A DNA stretch of 42,750 nucleotides from a virus (lineage: Duplodnaviria > Caudoviricetes). Below, in pieces: positions 25,155-36,300 of this stretch (the stretch's first letter is position 1; each line of letters opens with the position of its first letter). The position numbers and the translations under genes were made by a program. Location of the stretch: positions 1-42,750 of the IMG/VR virus record IMGVR_UViG_3300017747_003269. One strand, 5' to 3'. The notes under the pieces are model-generated. The model saw only the letters and a program-made list of their open reading frames with translations, was not told where the DNA came from and did no database searches.

Positions 25155-25514
25155 TTATTCGTAGCTGACCACCACTCCGTCGTTGGCTGTTTCCGCATTG
25201 AAATACAGGTCGCTCAGGCGGAACTCGCGCTTGTCGGCGAACTCAATGACGTATGCCTGGCCCGGATTGATGACAAAGTAGGTCTGGTTGGTGGCCCAAC
25301 CGATGCGCACCGCCGTGGTGTTGGTCACGGTCAGGGAGCTCTTGCCAATAATCATGGCAGAGCGCACGGTGAAGTTGTTGTTTGTGACTTGGGCGCAGAC
25401 GGTCGAGCTGGTGTTAATCACCGCAAACACAGACGACTTGGCGATGCTCTGGGCAATGGAAACCCCCGCAGCAACAAGCAGCAAGGCGACAGCAATAACA
25501 ATTCGGTTCTTCAT
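25155..25514 (-). CDS. Small beta-rich protein with a signal peptide (spike-base/adaptor-like)
   Basis: N-terminus MKNRIVIAVALLLVAAGVSIA. First gene of the fibre block. Confidence 0.7.
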   Translation of the reverse strand: MKNRIVIAVALLLVAAGVSIAQSIAKSSVFAVINTSSTVCAQVTNNNFTVRSAMIIGKSSLTVTNTTAVRIGWATNQTYFVINPGQAYVIEFADKREFRLSDLYFNAETANDGVVVSYE

Positions 25515-25536
25515 AAACGTTAACGATATAGTTCAA

Positions 25537-28167
25537 TCAATTCTCAAACAAGTCAAGCAGGCTATTCACCTTGTCCTGCGTCTCAAATGGGTCATTTGCA
25601 ACGGCTTCGCGGGGATCGTAGAGCGGCCCCAAGTATTCCTGCCCGCGCTTCTCAGTTCCTTTGGCTTTACGCGCAGCAACCCCAGGCGAAAACACCTCAT
25701 ACATCTGGTTAAAGATGAGGTAATCCATGGCGGGCTTGATGAAGAACAGGTTCATCAAGGGGATGTTCTGCTGTGCAAACTGCGTTGCGGCATACCCGAG
25801 CCTGTCGCCCGTCTCTCCCTCTTCTCCGCGAATGGTTCCACCAACACGGCTCTTGAGGTTCATAATGGGGTCAAGCTCGCTCAGGATTGGCCCCGCAATA
25901 GCCTGCGTGAACGTGCGGGTGCGACTATCGTATTCGTTCAGGAGAAGGTCGCCATAGATACCCAGCCCGCCGCCCCGCGCGGCGCCGTTGAACCACAAGT
26001 CCCAGTTAACCTTGCCTTCAGGGGTCATCAATGGCGCGGGCGTCTTACCTTTGCGCAGCTCAGACAACTGATAGGAAACAATGCCCATCAAGGTAGTTGC
26101 CGCGATGTGCCATCCGAGTCGCTTTCCGATTGGGATTGCCCCGCCATTCTGAATCCATTCCTGCATTGAGCTTGCCCCCGTAATCCTGCGCTCCCGCTCA
26201 ATAGCTCGGATAACTGCATTAGCGGGATAGCCTTTGAACATGAAGAACATCTCGCCCAGCTCACGGCCAAATCCACCCCGCTCAACGCCGCCCGTAGTGG
26301 CAGCGCGATAGCGTAGGGTATTCTCCGTGGTCGCATCGGCCACAATGTCGTGGAATAAGGCGCGAGTCTTCATGTCAAACTCGTCCCTGGCCCTAGCCTT
26401 GTTGGCTGCTGTAGGCGATTGGCCTTTTGATGCTACAATCTTGTCCAGCTCGACGTCGGATAACCTGTCCGAAACGTCCGCCAGAAGCATCTGATGCTTG
26501 CCGCCACGCAGCTCAACGTCATCTACCTTACTGCGCCAGATGTCCCATTCCGTTCGGCTGACGGAATAGTCCTTGAAAGACAATGCTATTTCAGCGGGAA
26601 GGCTGTCGAAATCCAAGTGAGCAGAATCAGCAAGCTGTCTGGAATAGGCAGCGGCAACAGCAAACCGATGCGTCTCGTTCTGGCGGGTGAACTGGGTCAG
26701 GTCAAACAGGTCTGTAACCCTGCGCTGTAACCAGCTATTGCTTTGAACCTCGCCTGTCCATGCGTTGGACGTATCACCAATGAACGAGTCAACGTAAACC
26801 GAGTAAACGTCCAGCTTCTTGCGGGCATCAGCCGACCGAACCATAACGCCCAATGTTTGGGCCAGCCATCGGTTAGCGCCTGATACGCCTCGATACGCCA
26901 TGGCCGTATCCATCGTTGCCTTGTCAGGCGGGGTGGACAGGACCATGTTCGCACCCTTGCCAAGCAGGGTAATTGCCTTCAGGTCATCAATGAACTTGGA
27001 CAGCCCCGGCCTTGTGCTGACAGCCGACCTGCCCATAAGGGTGTTAACGCTCTTCTGAACAGACCGGATAGAGTCGCCCTGCGCTATGCTGTCCGACATC
27101 TCCTTGGAGCGGACCAGTAGGTAATCGCTGACCTTGTTGATTGTGCCCTCTACGTTCGGGCCAAAGTGGGTCATCAGAGCCGCTGCCCTTGCGCCCGTTT
27201 GCAGTCGGGAGAACATGGCGTCCACCATGGAATGCTTGCCGAACTTCTCGTTGTAGGCAAAGGCGGATTCGGCATCGGCAAACCACAGCTCGCGGGATGC
27301 GCTTTCGCGGGACGACATGGAGCGGGACGCGCTGCCATGGTCGGCCTCGCTGAAGTCCTGCTCGCGAAGGAATACGCCCGTGTATTGGTTTCGGAAGTAA
27401 CGGCGCAGGAACGTATCCTTGTCAACTCCCTTGAGCGTGCGCTCCCAGTCCACATTGAGCGTCGAAACAAACTCCTTGAAAGCCTTCTCGGATATGTCCT
27501 GATTTGCCTTGCCCCAGCCCTTGATTCCTAAAGCTCGCAGCTTGTGCGGATCAGTGGTTTGCGGGAAGATCCAGCCAGCGGCCTGCTTGATCATTGCGCC
27601 GTGGCGATTCTCGCGGGCGGCAAGCTCGGTAAACACGTCGCGCCACACCTTTGCCACGACCTGAGCCTGCTTGTTCGGGGTTGCGCCTTCAGGATTGGCC
27701 CTGTCACCAAGGCTCAGGTTCCACGCTTCCTTAGCGATGTCTACCTGGTCTTCGCGTTGTGCCTTGCGCAGGTAATCCCAGACACCCGCCTCTTCCAAGC
27801 CCTTCTTGAACTTGTGCAGGAAGTCTTGTTGCATCGCCTTGCCCTCAGTCATGGCTCGCTCAAGCGTGCGCTGAAGTCCGACGCCCATGTTCTTCTCGCG
27901 AACAGATTGCTGGATTACGGAACGATACGCCTTGACGTTAAGTAACGCATTGCGCTTGGCCGCTTCGGCCTTCCACTTCTCGCTATCTAAAATCTCGCCA
28001 GCAATTTCCTTTAGCGCATTCTCGCGCTGCATCTCGCCCTTGGCCTCGCGAATCGCCCGCTTCTGGTCCAGCTCGGCAAGAAGCTCCTGCGCCTTGACGT
28101 CAGAGATTTTACCCTCTGCCACTGAGGCCTTAATCTTGTCGATGCACTTCTGGTATTTCTTACTCAT
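25537..28167 (-). CDS. Large internal virion (ejection) protein
   Basis: 876 aa, helical. Contains FKGYP and GG.GIYGD segments. Last of the ejection block. Confidence 0.75.
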   Translation of the reverse strand: MSKKYQKCIDKIKASVAEGKISDVKAQELLAELDQKRAIREAKGEMQRENALKEIAGEILDSEKWKAEAAKRNALLNVKAYRSVIQQSVREKNMGVGLQRTLERAMTEGKAMQQDFLHKFKKGLEEAGVWDYLRKAQREDQVDIAKEAWNLSLGDRANPEGATPNKQAQVVAKVWRDVFTELAARENRHGAMIKQAAGWIFPQTTDPHKLRALGIKGWGKANQDISEKAFKEFVSTLNVDWERTLKGVDKDTFLRRYFRNQYTGVFLREQDFSEADHGSASRSMSSRESASRELWFADAESAFAYNEKFGKHSMVDAMFSRLQTGARAAALMTHFGPNVEGTINKVSDYLLVRSKEMSDSIAQGDSIRSVQKSVNTLMGRSAVSTRPGLSKFIDDLKAITLLGKGANMVLSTPPDKATMDTAMAYRGVSGANRWLAQTLGVMVRSADARKKLDVYSVYVDSFIGDTSNAWTGEVQSNSWLQRRVTDLFDLTQFTRQNETHRFAVAAAYSRQLADSAHLDFDSLPAEIALSFKDYSVSRTEWDIWRSKVDDVELRGGKHQMLLADVSDRLSDVELDKIVASKGQSPTAANKARARDEFDMKTRALFHDIVADATTENTLRYRAATTGGVERGGFGRELGEMFFMFKGYPANAVIRAIERERRITGASSMQEWIQNGGAIPIGKRLGWHIAATTLMGIVSYQLSELRKGKTPAPLMTPEGKVNWDLWFNGAARGGGLGIYGDLLLNEYDSRTRTFTQAIAGPILSELDPIMNLKSRVGGTIRGEEGETGDRLGYAATQFAQQNIPLMNLFFIKPAMDYLIFNQMYEVFSPGVAARKAKGTEKRGQEYLGPLYDPREAVANDPFETQDKVNSLLDLFEN

Positions 28168-29830
28168 TGATCAAGCAGCGCATGGCCGCTTCAATTGCCT
28201 TCGGTTCCGGGCTGTCGATTACATCCATTTGTTCCTTAAGCGTCTTGCGAATGTGAGCAGCCAGCTCAGGATCATCCACCTCAAGAGCCTTGAGGTCGGC
28301 TTCTGCGTCAGCGGATAGCGCACGGGCATCCTCCGCGAGGTCTGCGATAGCTGCTTCGGGAACTCGTGTTCCGTCCAGCTTGGCAATATCCTCAGCCTTG
28401 GCAAGCGGGCCAATGTCCTGTTTGACACGGGCCGCTTCGGACACAGCGAGCTTCTTCTGGTATTCGACATCGAACAGCTTCTTTTGCTCGGCAACATACT
28501 TGTCGATGCGCTCCTTAACGAATGCTTGATATTCAGGGGAATCCTTTGGTTCAGGTTCGGCCTTTGCGTTTAACTCCCTAATGCTTGCGTTATTTCTTTC
28601 CCTGACCACCCGCATAACGCGAGCAGCCATTCCCTCTGGAAGCTCAAGCGTAGCCGCGATCATATCTGTGTCGTCACCAACTTTGGCAAGCCGGTCAGCG
28701 ATAGCCTCTGCTTCTGGGTCCGAAACCTTGGCGGCGGACGCCCTTTCGGCGGGCGTAATGTCGTTGGTATCTCCAACGAAATCCTTGAGCCCGCCCTTGG
28801 TCTCAACCTCTGCAAACATGTCTCCTGTGGTGGGGTCTTTCTTGTAGCCTACAACTACCCCCTCCGAAAGCGGCTTGCCAAACATTTCAGACTCGCCAGC
28901 CGGTCTATACTTAACCTTTTCACCAACCGGAAACCGCTCTTGAAATGTTCCGCCAGTCTCAAAGCTCGCCCTAATCGCAGCCTCCCGCTCCCTCCATTCC
29001 GCCTCCATCAGCTTCGGGTCAATGCTGGCATGGCTGTGAACGTCAGGGCTTTTACCAGCCGCCATTTGCTGGATTGAATCCCTCAGCATCCTGTCCTGAA
29101 TGGCCGGTGACACGCGGGCATAAGCCTCTCGGGCACGGCCAATCCCAAGCGTAAAGCCTTTAATCGCCCCACCAACTACTGCTCCGCCAAGGATGTTGGC
29201 CGCAAAGTCCTCAACCTCGTACTGCTCCTTGTTGCGGCGGGCCTGAATCGCTACAGGGATTTCTGCTAGTAGGTTTCCCGCCGTGGCGTCAATGACCGCA
29301 GCGGTAATGCGCGGGAAGGTGACATGCTTTGCGATGGTTTCCTCGGAGATCAGCAGACCGCGAGTCACGGAGCGGGTCATTGGCCCCATGCCCGCCTTGA
29401 CCAGCTTCGCCGATCCGACGAACGGAATGAAGTTCATCGCAAAGTCGATGGGGTCTGTCATTCCACCGATCATCTGCGTAATAAACCCCGCCGATCCTTT
29501 CACTGCCCCCACGTTCTGGATCGTGTCCAGCTCGGCCTGCGCAATGGCCAGCAGGTCATGCCGCTCCTGCATTGCCTTGGCCCGGTTCTCGCGAATCGGT
29601 TCGTCAAACACCAATCCCGTATCCGGGTTGCTATACAGCTCATTAGCCCGCTTCGGATCAAGTAGTTCGGAATCATCGAACAACTGATCTACCCACCTTC
29701 TAATCGCGCCACCCGCCGTATGCTGTGCGCCAATGACAAGCTGTGTGCCAAGGTAATCCGTTAACGAGGCGTTACGCCCCGTAATCGGAATCCCTGTTTC
29801 TGCTTCGACTTTTGGAAATGCGAATGACAT
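28160..29830 (-). CDS. Internal virion (ejection) protein
   Basis: Contains a GGMTDP..F Gly-rich hydrophobic hairpin. Synteny. Confidence 0.7.
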   Translation of the reverse strand: MSFAFPKVEAETGIPITGRNASLTDYLGTQLVIGAQHTAGGAIRRWVDQLFDDSELLDPKRANELYSNPDTGLVFDEPIRENRAKAMQERHDLLAIAQAELDTIQNVGAVKGSAGFITQMIGGMTDPIDFAMNFIPFVGSAKLVKAGMGPMTRSVTRGLLISEETIAKHVTFPRITAAVIDATAGNLLAEIPVAIQARRNKEQYEVEDFAANILGGAVVGGAIKGFTLGIGRAREAYARVSPAIQDRMLRDSIQQMAAGKSPDVHSHASIDPKLMEAEWREREAAIRASFETGGTFQERFPVGEKVKYRPAGESEMFGKPLSEGVVVGYKKDPTTGDMFAEVETKGGLKDFVGDTNDITPAERASAAKVSDPEAEAIADRLAKVGDDTDMIAATLELPEGMAARVMRVVRERNNASIRELNAKAEPEPKDSPEYQAFVKERIDKYVAEQKKLFDVEYQKKLAVSEAARVKQDIGPLAKAEDIAKLDGTRVPEAAIADLAEDARALSADAEADLKALEVDDPELAAHIRKTLKEQMDVIDSPEPKAIEAAMRCLINE

Positions 29831-32142
29831 TATTCAGGGGAATACCCACTTGGCCTGTTGAGCGGGCGATCCTTCTTGGGAGGCTCGGGAAGATCCAGCC
29901 CAACCGGGGTGGTGTCCAGCCAGTCCCGACGCTTCACCTCCCTATTCGGATCGGTTGGCACTACATAGACCGGAAGGTTGTGCCGCTTACTGCTCGTATC
30001 GAACGAGATATACAATGGGCGCTTGTCCTTGGTGCGAAGCTGAACCGGAATGCCGAGCACGGTGTTCATGTAAACATACATGCCCTTGCCGTCCTCCGAC
30101 GGGACGAGCATCTTGTTTTCGTTTACGTCCTTCTGGATGTAAGTATCAATCGCCTGCTGGGTAGCGCCTGGGGCTTTGGGCCAGAGCGCAGCGCCATCAT
30201 CCGTAGTCTGCATCAGGTCAGCGGCAAGGATGGTGTTGCCGAAATCAGCCTTTACCTTTGCGACCACTGCATCCATTTCGCTGTCGCCGTACCCAAACCA
30301 AAGAAAGCTTGATTTATCTTCTCCATGTGGCCTGTTATCCGGCCCAGCCCACTTGGCAAAAGGCACCGTCTGCTTGCCAATATCCTCAAACCGGAACTCG
30401 CCACCAATGAGCGTATCAACGGCCAGCTTCACGGCTTGAGTGGCGTTGTTCATATTAGGAAGCGAAGCAGCATAGGCAGTAATCGCCTCTCTAAACCCAG
30501 CCACAACCTTAGCGCGTTGCCCATTGTCCCCGCCATACATTGCGGAAAAGGCTTCCCATGTTGGGTTTCCGATAAATTTCTTTTCGTAATCGTCAAGCGA
30601 AAGCCCTTTGTTCTTGGCGTTCTGATTGGCTACGCCGGGGGCCAGCGCCGCTGCGAGCTGCCGGGCAAATGGCTTGTTGGCCACCAGCTTGAGCAACTGC
30701 ATCTGCTGCGATACAGCCTGTCCAGCGGGGAGATTGGCAAGGTCGCGCCATGCGATAGCCTCCGAATCTGGATCGCCCTCATACGTGGCCATGAAGGAGC
30801 GAATCGCGTTGAGCTGCTCGTCGGGCGTTCCGTTGTTGATCTGCCCGGCAATTTTAACCGCCTGCTCCTTTGGCAAAAGCGAAACCTGATGCGACTCCAT
30901 CCCAAGGTAATACTCTGCATCGGGAGCGCCAAGGGGAGCGTGTCCCTGATAGCGCAATGTCTCCGCATTCAACTGGCGCAATCGGCCCGGCTTGTCCTTG
31001 TCTGTCGCGCCAGCGTAAAGCTCGCGGGCCTTTGCAACGACGGGGTTGTAGGTCTGGACGTATTCGACAGGGTTGCTGTCGGCGAATTCGCCCATCGCCT
31101 TGATCTTCTGCTCGGCCAGCGCAATGGATTGCTGCTCCACTACGCCGCCGCCCTTGGCTTTTAACGCAGCAATCTGTTGCTGCATGGCGTATTTGTTCTT
31201 GCCTGCCGCTTCCTTAACGTGATCCAGCGAACCGTTGTGGATGTCCACCCGCATCCTGTACTTGTCATGCGCCACTTGAGCAGAGGCCTCATCTGGATAG
31301 ACCGCTGCGAAACTATTAACGGGCGGCGTTACTACGTGCGTTCCCTTCAGCTCCCCGTTGGAAAGCTCGTTCTCAATCGACATGTGGAACGCATTGGCGC
31401 CCAACACGCGCAGGCTCTTCCGGGTCTGGTTGATCTTGTCGAGCTGGATTTGCCGGTACTGTTCAGGGATGTCCGTTGACTCCATCAGGATCATCTCGGC
31501 AAGGTCAGGGTCCGTATCCATCACGCCCTGAATCACGGAAGCCGTGGCGTCCCTGCGTAGCTTGGCCGCGAATGCTGGCGCCTTTTTACCGAACGCTTCA
31601 GTGATGCGGGCGTTCTGGGCAATGAACTGCCCATAAATTGTCGTCGAAGCCCCAATCGGATCAATACTCCCAAGCTGGCGGAACATCTCCAGCGAGGACT
31701 GCGTGGAGTTTTGCTCGCCCAGCTCAAAGTTATCGAAGCGAGTCCTTTCGCCAACCTTCAGGGCCATCTCGTACTGGCGGGCAATGGAGCCTTGTAGCTG
31801 GTGCCTGAGCACATCCCCGGCCTGCTTGGACGGAGCGGCAGAAACGAAATCGTTGGCAATCTTCTCGGCGTGCTCCTTGAAGGCTGGTCCGTAATCCTCA
31901 CGGTCCTGATTCGCCATGTGCCATTCAGTCATGGCGTTGGTGAACTTGTAATTGGCGTCACCTGTCCAGCGCAGTCCGCGTTCCTTCTCCCGATCCTGGA
32001 AGAATGCGCCCATGTCCTGCGCCGCGCTGGCGTACGTGCCAATGGCCGCAGCAGGTGCGGTCATTGCGCCCACGTTAATCTGGTCAGCAACCGGCCCGGT
32101 CTTGATGCCTTGCTGCGCGACGTATTGCGGTATCTTTGGCAT
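29830..32142 (-). CDS. Internal virion (ejection) protein
   Basis: MPKIPQY start typical of podovirus core proteins. Ala/Gln-rich and helical. Confidence 0.7.
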   Translation of the reverse strand: MPKIPQYVAQQGIKTGPVADQINVGAMTAPAAAIGTYASAAQDMGAFFQDREKERGLRWTGDANYKFTNAMTEWHMANQDREDYGPAFKEHAEKIANDFVSAAPSKQAGDVLRHQLQGSIARQYEMALKVGERTRFDNFELGEQNSTQSSLEMFRQLGSIDPIGASTTIYGQFIAQNARITEAFGKKAPAFAAKLRRDATASVIQGVMDTDPDLAEMILMESTDIPEQYRQIQLDKINQTRKSLRVLGANAFHMSIENELSNGELKGTHVVTPPVNSFAAVYPDEASAQVAHDKYRMRVDIHNGSLDHVKEAAGKNKYAMQQQIAALKAKGGGVVEQQSIALAEQKIKAMGEFADSNPVEYVQTYNPVVAKARELYAGATDKDKPGRLRQLNAETLRYQGHAPLGAPDAEYYLGMESHQVSLLPKEQAVKIAGQINNGTPDEQLNAIRSFMATYEGDPDSEAIAWRDLANLPAGQAVSQQMQLLKLVANKPFARQLAAALAPGVANQNAKNKGLSLDDYEKKFIGNPTWEAFSAMYGGDNGQRAKVVAGFREAITAYAASLPNMNNATQAVKLAVDTLIGGEFRFEDIGKQTVPFAKWAGPDNRPHGEDKSSFLWFGYGDSEMDAVVAKVKADFGNTILAADLMQTTDDGAALWPKAPGATQQAIDTYIQKDVNENKMLVPSEDGKGMYVYMNTVLGIPVQLRTKDKRPLYISFDTSSKRHNLPVYVVPTDPNREVKRRDWLDTTPVGLDLPEPPKKDRPLNRPSGYSPE

Positions 32143-32384
32143 TACCGTTTGATTAGTTGAACCACTTTTTCAGCAGCCACCCTTAGGGCGTTCTTAACAT
32201 CATCTGGATAATCATCAAATGACGGATGTTCCTCATGGCTTGGACACGCCCATTGCTCGCCAAGCATTGCCCGCAGCACGGCATCAATTACAACTGCCTC
32301 AACCTCGCACGATCCAAGGATCGGAGGATATGCCGGATCTCTTAATTGAATCACCGCGTTTGGATCTGAGAATTTATTTGGCAT
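32142..32384 (-). CDS. Hypothetical protein inserted in the ejection block
   Basis: TAATG overlaps on both sides. Confidence 0.6.
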   Translation of the reverse strand: MPNKFSDPNAVIQLRDPAYPPILGSCEVEAVVIDAVLRAMLGEQWACPSHEEHPSFDDYPDDVKNALRVAAEKVVQLIKR

Positions 32385-32857
32385 TACATTTCAGGCCATT
32401 TACTTGCAGTTTGAGACGCCCCACTCAACAGGGTCGAACCTGCCCGGAGATAGCCCGCCTGCTTTGCGGCCCGACCTTCAAGGAGCGAGTTGCGGGCGCT
32501 ACTCTGGTAGGCCGATGCGGTGGCCTGTCCTTGATAGATGGAAGCCAGCGCATCCATCTCGCCTTGAACCGAAGTGTCCAAGAGAACATCGTTGAATGAG
32601 CCGCCCGACAGGTCGATTCCGCTCTTGGCCCCAGCGGCCCGTTGCGCCCCCAGCCTGCGCCGGTTCTCCGAACGCTGCCGGTCAGCGGCGTATTGGGCCT
32701 GCTCTGCGGCAACGCGGGCGTTGGTGTCCTGAGCCTTGGCGTTGCGCTTGGAGGCGTCCTCTGCGGCCTTGCCCTGCTCCACGGCGGACACAGCGCCAGC
32801 GGCAGTTCCAGCCACGCTGATTGCCGCGACAATCCAAGGTATTGCTGCTTGAGGCAT
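32384..32857 (-). CDS. Small internal virion protein (T7 gp14-like position)
   Basis: Hydrophobic Ala/Gly N-terminus and QRAAGAKSGIDL.GS motif. Confidence 0.75.
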   Translation of the reverse strand: MPQAAIPWIVAAISVAGTAAGAVSAVEQGKAAEDASKRNAKAQDTNARVAAEQAQYAADRQRSENRRRLGAQRAAGAKSGIDLSGGSFNDVLLDTSVQGEMDALASIYQGQATASAYQSSARNSLLEGRAAKQAGYLRAGSTLLSGASQTASKWPEM

Positions 32858-33300
32858 TACTTCATCTCCTTCATGTAGGTAAGGTCGCTGACATCAAAGC
32901 CGTTCGATTTCAGGAATGACCCGGATCGGATCAGCCTCTCGTCCAGCAGCAGCGCAATTTTGAATTCCATAATCCCGGCTTTCTCCACCACCCCCATGAC
33001 GTGTTCAAACAAAGCGCCAGCGGCCAACCCTTGACCAGCATCACAAACGAACCAGAACATGGACGAAGCGCACGGCTTGCCGTTATATGGGTTCGGATGG
33101 TAAATGATTCCAATCGCCTCACGCGGGACACCATCGACTTCGCGCAGGTAGATGACGCCTTGGCCGGATGCGAGAATCTTGCCCCAGAACTCAATGAAGC
33201 ATTGCGAGTTGAACTCGCCAACCTTGTTGCGGGCAGAGTAGAACTCTTCAGCGAGTTTTCCGCACTCGATGACATCGTTGATGTTGGCTTCGCGTATCAT
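32857..33300 (-). CDS. GNAT-fold protein (T7 gp13-like position)
   Basis: MIREA..D start, FWFV and GF motifs. Located after tail tube B. Confidence 0.7.
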   Translation of the reverse strand: MIREANINDVIECGKLAEEFYSARNKVGEFNSQCFIEFWGKILASGQGVIYLREVDGVPREAIGIIYHPNPYNGKPCASSMFWFVCDAGQGLAAGALFEHVMGVVEKAGIMEFKIALLLDERLIRSGSFLKSNGFDVSDLTYMKEMK

Positions 33301-36300
33301 TCGTGGGTTTGCAGTTCAGGTGCAACAGCAAGGATATTAAGCGGCCAAGGCTCGGATATGGAAAGCACAATCCCGTTCTCAAAGTCGTACGGGTTCTTGA
33401 TGGAGAACTTGTCATCCCCCGTGAAGAAGTTCGTGGTCGTGCTCGGGTAGGTGTGCTCGGTCAGGCTCGATTCGCTTGGCCCGTGGTTGAGCTTGTAGGA
33501 CGAGAAGACCCGGGTTCCGACGCGGTGGACGCGCTTGGTTTTGACAAGCGAGATTCCGAATGCGCTTCCGCCTTCCGGGGGAAGCTGCTTGAGGGTTGAG
33601 GTATAGACGTATCCGATGTATGCGGTTCCGCTGTAGGTTGCCCCCAGGCTGATTGAGCCGCTAGATACAGTCTTTGCCCCGATGTAGGCACCATTGATCC
33701 ACACACCAACCGATGCCCCGTCGGGAACATTGGTGCTCGGGGTGGAGGTGGTGGCAGCAGTGAGGGTTCGCTCGGTGTAATCATCTAGGTAGGAAACAGT
33801 CAGCGCGGTCTTTGCCGTGTCACCGGATGGAAGCCAGAACAATCCAAGCCGCTCGATTTGATACCGGGCAGAGTTGTTTCGGATGCCCGCGACATAGAGA
33901 CGCGAATAGGTATCATCATCCTTGTTGATGACAAGTATCGAATCGGTAACGCAAAGGCTGTTGTATTGTCCAAGGGTATGGTGCGCCCAGCTAAATTGGT
34001 TTTCATCTTCGTTGATGGTTGCGGATGCTAATGTGCCGTCATCGAGCAGCAGCCATAGAATAGAGAACGGAGACATCTGGTAGGCAAGCTGAATCCCAGA
34101 CCTTCCGTTGCGCATCATGTGCTCGGAAGCCAGTGACACATCGGACGAAACCCATCCGTCCGAGTTCATGTCGTACGACATCTTGCGCATCCGCGTTCCG
34201 TCACGCTGGATGAAGTAGATGGAGTTGCCCACGCGCTGCGCCTGGTGGCCCGGAGCACTTCCATAAGCAGATTGAGGGGTAACGCTGATGTTGCTCGGGG
34301 TCAGCGGCTCCATGAAGGACGAGGCTGCCTTGGCCTGCCACTCCGACCCCTGCGTTCCGATGATGAGAACCTTGGCGCTGATCATCCACACCACAGGGCT
34401 TACGTCGTCAGACGCGATGGTGTAGGAAATGGCGTTATCGTCCTGAACCGTGAGGTCTGGCTCGGTAGGGGAGAAGTTCCAATAGTCACCGCTGACAGAC
34501 ATCCAGATTGTCTGCGGCTGCGTGGTGTTTCCACCAAAGACAAGGCGCTGCTCATGGATGCAAACGCTGTTCGGATAGCCCGTCTCATCACTCCACGCCC
34601 CGAGCTGCCAGTCCGTAACTACGCCGCCGTTGCGAATGGTGGTGTTATCCTTCGGGTCAAGCGGAACCTCCTGGAAGAACTGAACGCTGACCTGGGTTGC
34701 GCTGGTGTATGCGGTGATGCGGCACCAGATGGACACTCCGGAGAAGTTCAGGCGGATGGGCCTGCCAACATCGGTGGAGGAAAAGATGTTTGAGTCCGCT
34801 GTGGTCGGGCCTGCCGCTGTGATGGTGGCAGTGATGGAGCGGCCATAATAAATCAAGTCCGCCTCGTTGGTGTCAGATGCCCCAACGATGCGGGCTGGGG
34901 TTGATACTGTAACCACCTTGTCACTGGTAAAACCGGTTATTTTCTTCCATGCGCCAGTCTGTTCCTTGATATATTTACCAATATCGTTTCTGGTAAATGT
35001 GCCCGCATAAGTGCTTACAAGCGTGCCGCCGGATATTGTTACATCCGCAGCGGGGTCAACGCCGTTAACAGACTGTGCTGATGCAATGCGCCTGCGATAT
35101 GCCGGGCTGCCAGACCTGCCCTGCTCCTTGGCGTAACCACGGTTATTGCTGTATCTCGAATTGTTCGTCGAACGATTCACGCCAGAATTCAGCGCGATAG
35201 ACTCGTCGATGTTCAGCAGGAGGTTGCTCTTGATGTCTGCGATGACATGCTCTGCATCCGTATAGGTTACAACCTGCGCCAGCTTCCACTGATTATCCTC
35301 CCGGTATTGGAGGAACTCCGAGGGGTCGGCGGCATCAAAGTTCACATTGCCAACCGGGTCAAAGAACGTGGCTGTATCTGACAGGCTGCTGATGGTCAGG
35401 CGCGTGTAAGTATCGTTCCGGCTTAGGTAAGGCCCGTCCGTGAATTCCATCTTGCGCCACTCCCACTGGTAATCGCTCAGGCGGGACAGGGTGTAGGGAG
35501 GCATCTCTGGATGTGCAAAGAATGCCACATCCGCACTCTGACACTTGCTGAGCTTCTTGAGCTGGGCGTTGGTGTAGGTGTGAAGCGGAGACATCGGAAT
35601 CAGCAACACGCTGTCCGTGCAACAGCCCCCGGACGTGTAAGCCGAGATGGTGCTTGTGCCGAAATTGATGGTGATCTGGTTTGCTGCCGGGGTGCCGTAA
35701 ACCGTCCACTGCCCATTCAGTTCTGTCGCGCCACTAACGCCCGTGATCCCAACGATGTCATTGACGCTGTACGGGTGGTTTACTGAAAACGTAATCGTCA
35801 CCACGTTTCCGACCAGCGGAACCGCCGAGACCGTAGCAGCCGTGATGGTGCGAATCTGGTTGTTGAACTTGTCCATGTAGAGGACGCCGCCACCAGAATA
35901 AGTCGTGTAAGTCCCCGTGGTCAGGTCAATCGTATTAGCGTCAACCACCGTGCAAAGATACCCACCATCAGGAGCACCCCCGTTGCAGCCCTGAATGTGG
36001 ATGCGATCCCCGGAAGGAATCTGATGGTTTGTGATGGTGATTCTCGCCTTGGTAGATCCGTTATCAACGATCTGCTCAATACGCTGGCCAAGCGGGCCGT
36101 ACATGGTTGCGCCATTCTTCAGGACGAGACTACCCCATCGGTCAGTGGAGTAAGTCCCCTTGAACAGCTCCAGAACATACGAGTCGTTATCAGCGGCCCG
36201 GAACTCCACCAGCCGAAGCGCGGTGGTCGTCATGTAGTGGATGTTTTCCGTGCCCGGCCTGCGAAGCAATGAGCCCTGAGGCGTGACTACAAAGTTCTCC

